Shown here one piece after another: positions 63,258-64,000 of a stretch of 64,000 nt of DNA (positions are counted from its first letter, which is position 1; every line of letters begins with the position of its first letter). The notes under the pieces are model-generated. The model saw only the letters and a program-made list of their open reading frames with translations. It searched no databases and was not told the origin of the DNA. The translations under genes and the position numbers were made by a program. The stretch covers positions 39,072,150 to 39,136,149 of the forward strand of contig NC_068997.1 of the NCBI RefSeq assembly GCF_001194135.2, written 5' to 3'. The stretch comes from Octopus bimaculoides. Its lineage: Eukaryota.

Positions 63258-64000
63258 TACGAAAGTGGGCTGAAAAGTCCATAGACTGACCATGAATGAC
63301 GGTAATACTACAGCCATGAAATCTTGCATGTAGAAATTTCAACACTACTAGTAGCTTTTGAAGAAGGCTTCAAAAGTAACCAGTTGTGACTTCGCAGCGC
63401 GCTGTTATCAAGTACCTGCAGGAAAGGGTTTAGCCCCCAACGACATTCATGCTGAGATGGTTGCTACATTAGGGGATGATGCGCCAGCTTTGTCAACAGT
63501 GCAAATGTGGTCAGCTGAATTTAGGACGAGAAGGGAGAGTCTCGAAGATGGCCTAAGGTCTGGACGTCATGCAACTGCCACTACTGAGGAAAACATTGAT
63601 CGTGTTCACCACATGATGATAGATGATGGGCGATTGTCTATAAATGAAATAGCCAATGCTATAAGCATATCCCTTGAGAGAGTTGAGAATATTGTGCTCA
63701 AGGAACTCGGGACAACTTAGGTTTCTGCTCAGTGTGTGCCACGTATTCTGACATCTGATCAGATGACAGGAAAATGTGATATCGTTTGTGGGAGATCCGG
63801 CTGATTTTCTTGGACGTTTCCTAATCCAGGATGAGTGTGGGCCTCATCATTTTGAGTCAGAGACAAAGCGTCAGTTGATGCAGTGGACGCGTCCTTCCTC
63901 ACCTGTTCCAAAGAAAGCCGAGGTTGTTTCATCTGCAGTTATTGGGATGCAAAAGACATTGTGTTAGTTGACTATTCTCAAAAGGATCACATCATCAATG
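63258..64000 (+). mobile_element. Mariner transposon (decayed), runs off the window
   Basis: TIR TAcgaaagtgggctgaaaagt; HTH DIHAEMVATLGDDAPALSTVQMWSAEF...LEDGLRSGR...ENIDRV; later WTRPSSPVPKKA. Confidence 0.9.

Overview
AT-rich eukaryotic, repeat-dominated DNA with many N gaps, most abutting (TA)n or other microsatellites. The SINE, LINE and microsatellite repertoire points to an octopod cephalopod genome such as Octopus; this is inference from pattern recognition, not a database hit. No complete host protein-coding gene, rRNA, bona fide tRNA or CRISPR array is visible, and most listed ORFs are microsatellite or gap artefacts. The window holds: two tRNA-derived SINE families; a cluster of R4/Dong-like RLE retrotransposon remnants nested in (AAT)n tracts (4.1-8 kb); a HERO-like RLE element; several RTE LINE remnants; at least five Penelope-like (PLE) remnants; several Tc1/mariner relics and MITEs; a Helentron-associated (DINE-like) element; and long foldback hairpins. 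A few isolated + strand segments with good splice signals may be exons of an unidentified gene. The most interesting object is the 3' end of a near-complete PLE (31.15-33.15 kb, minus strand). After the GIY-YIG ORF it carries a tRNA-like A/B-box module, an (AAT)n spacer and a minimal type I hammerhead ribozyme fold. All alignments and coordinates were done by eye, so edges are approximate.
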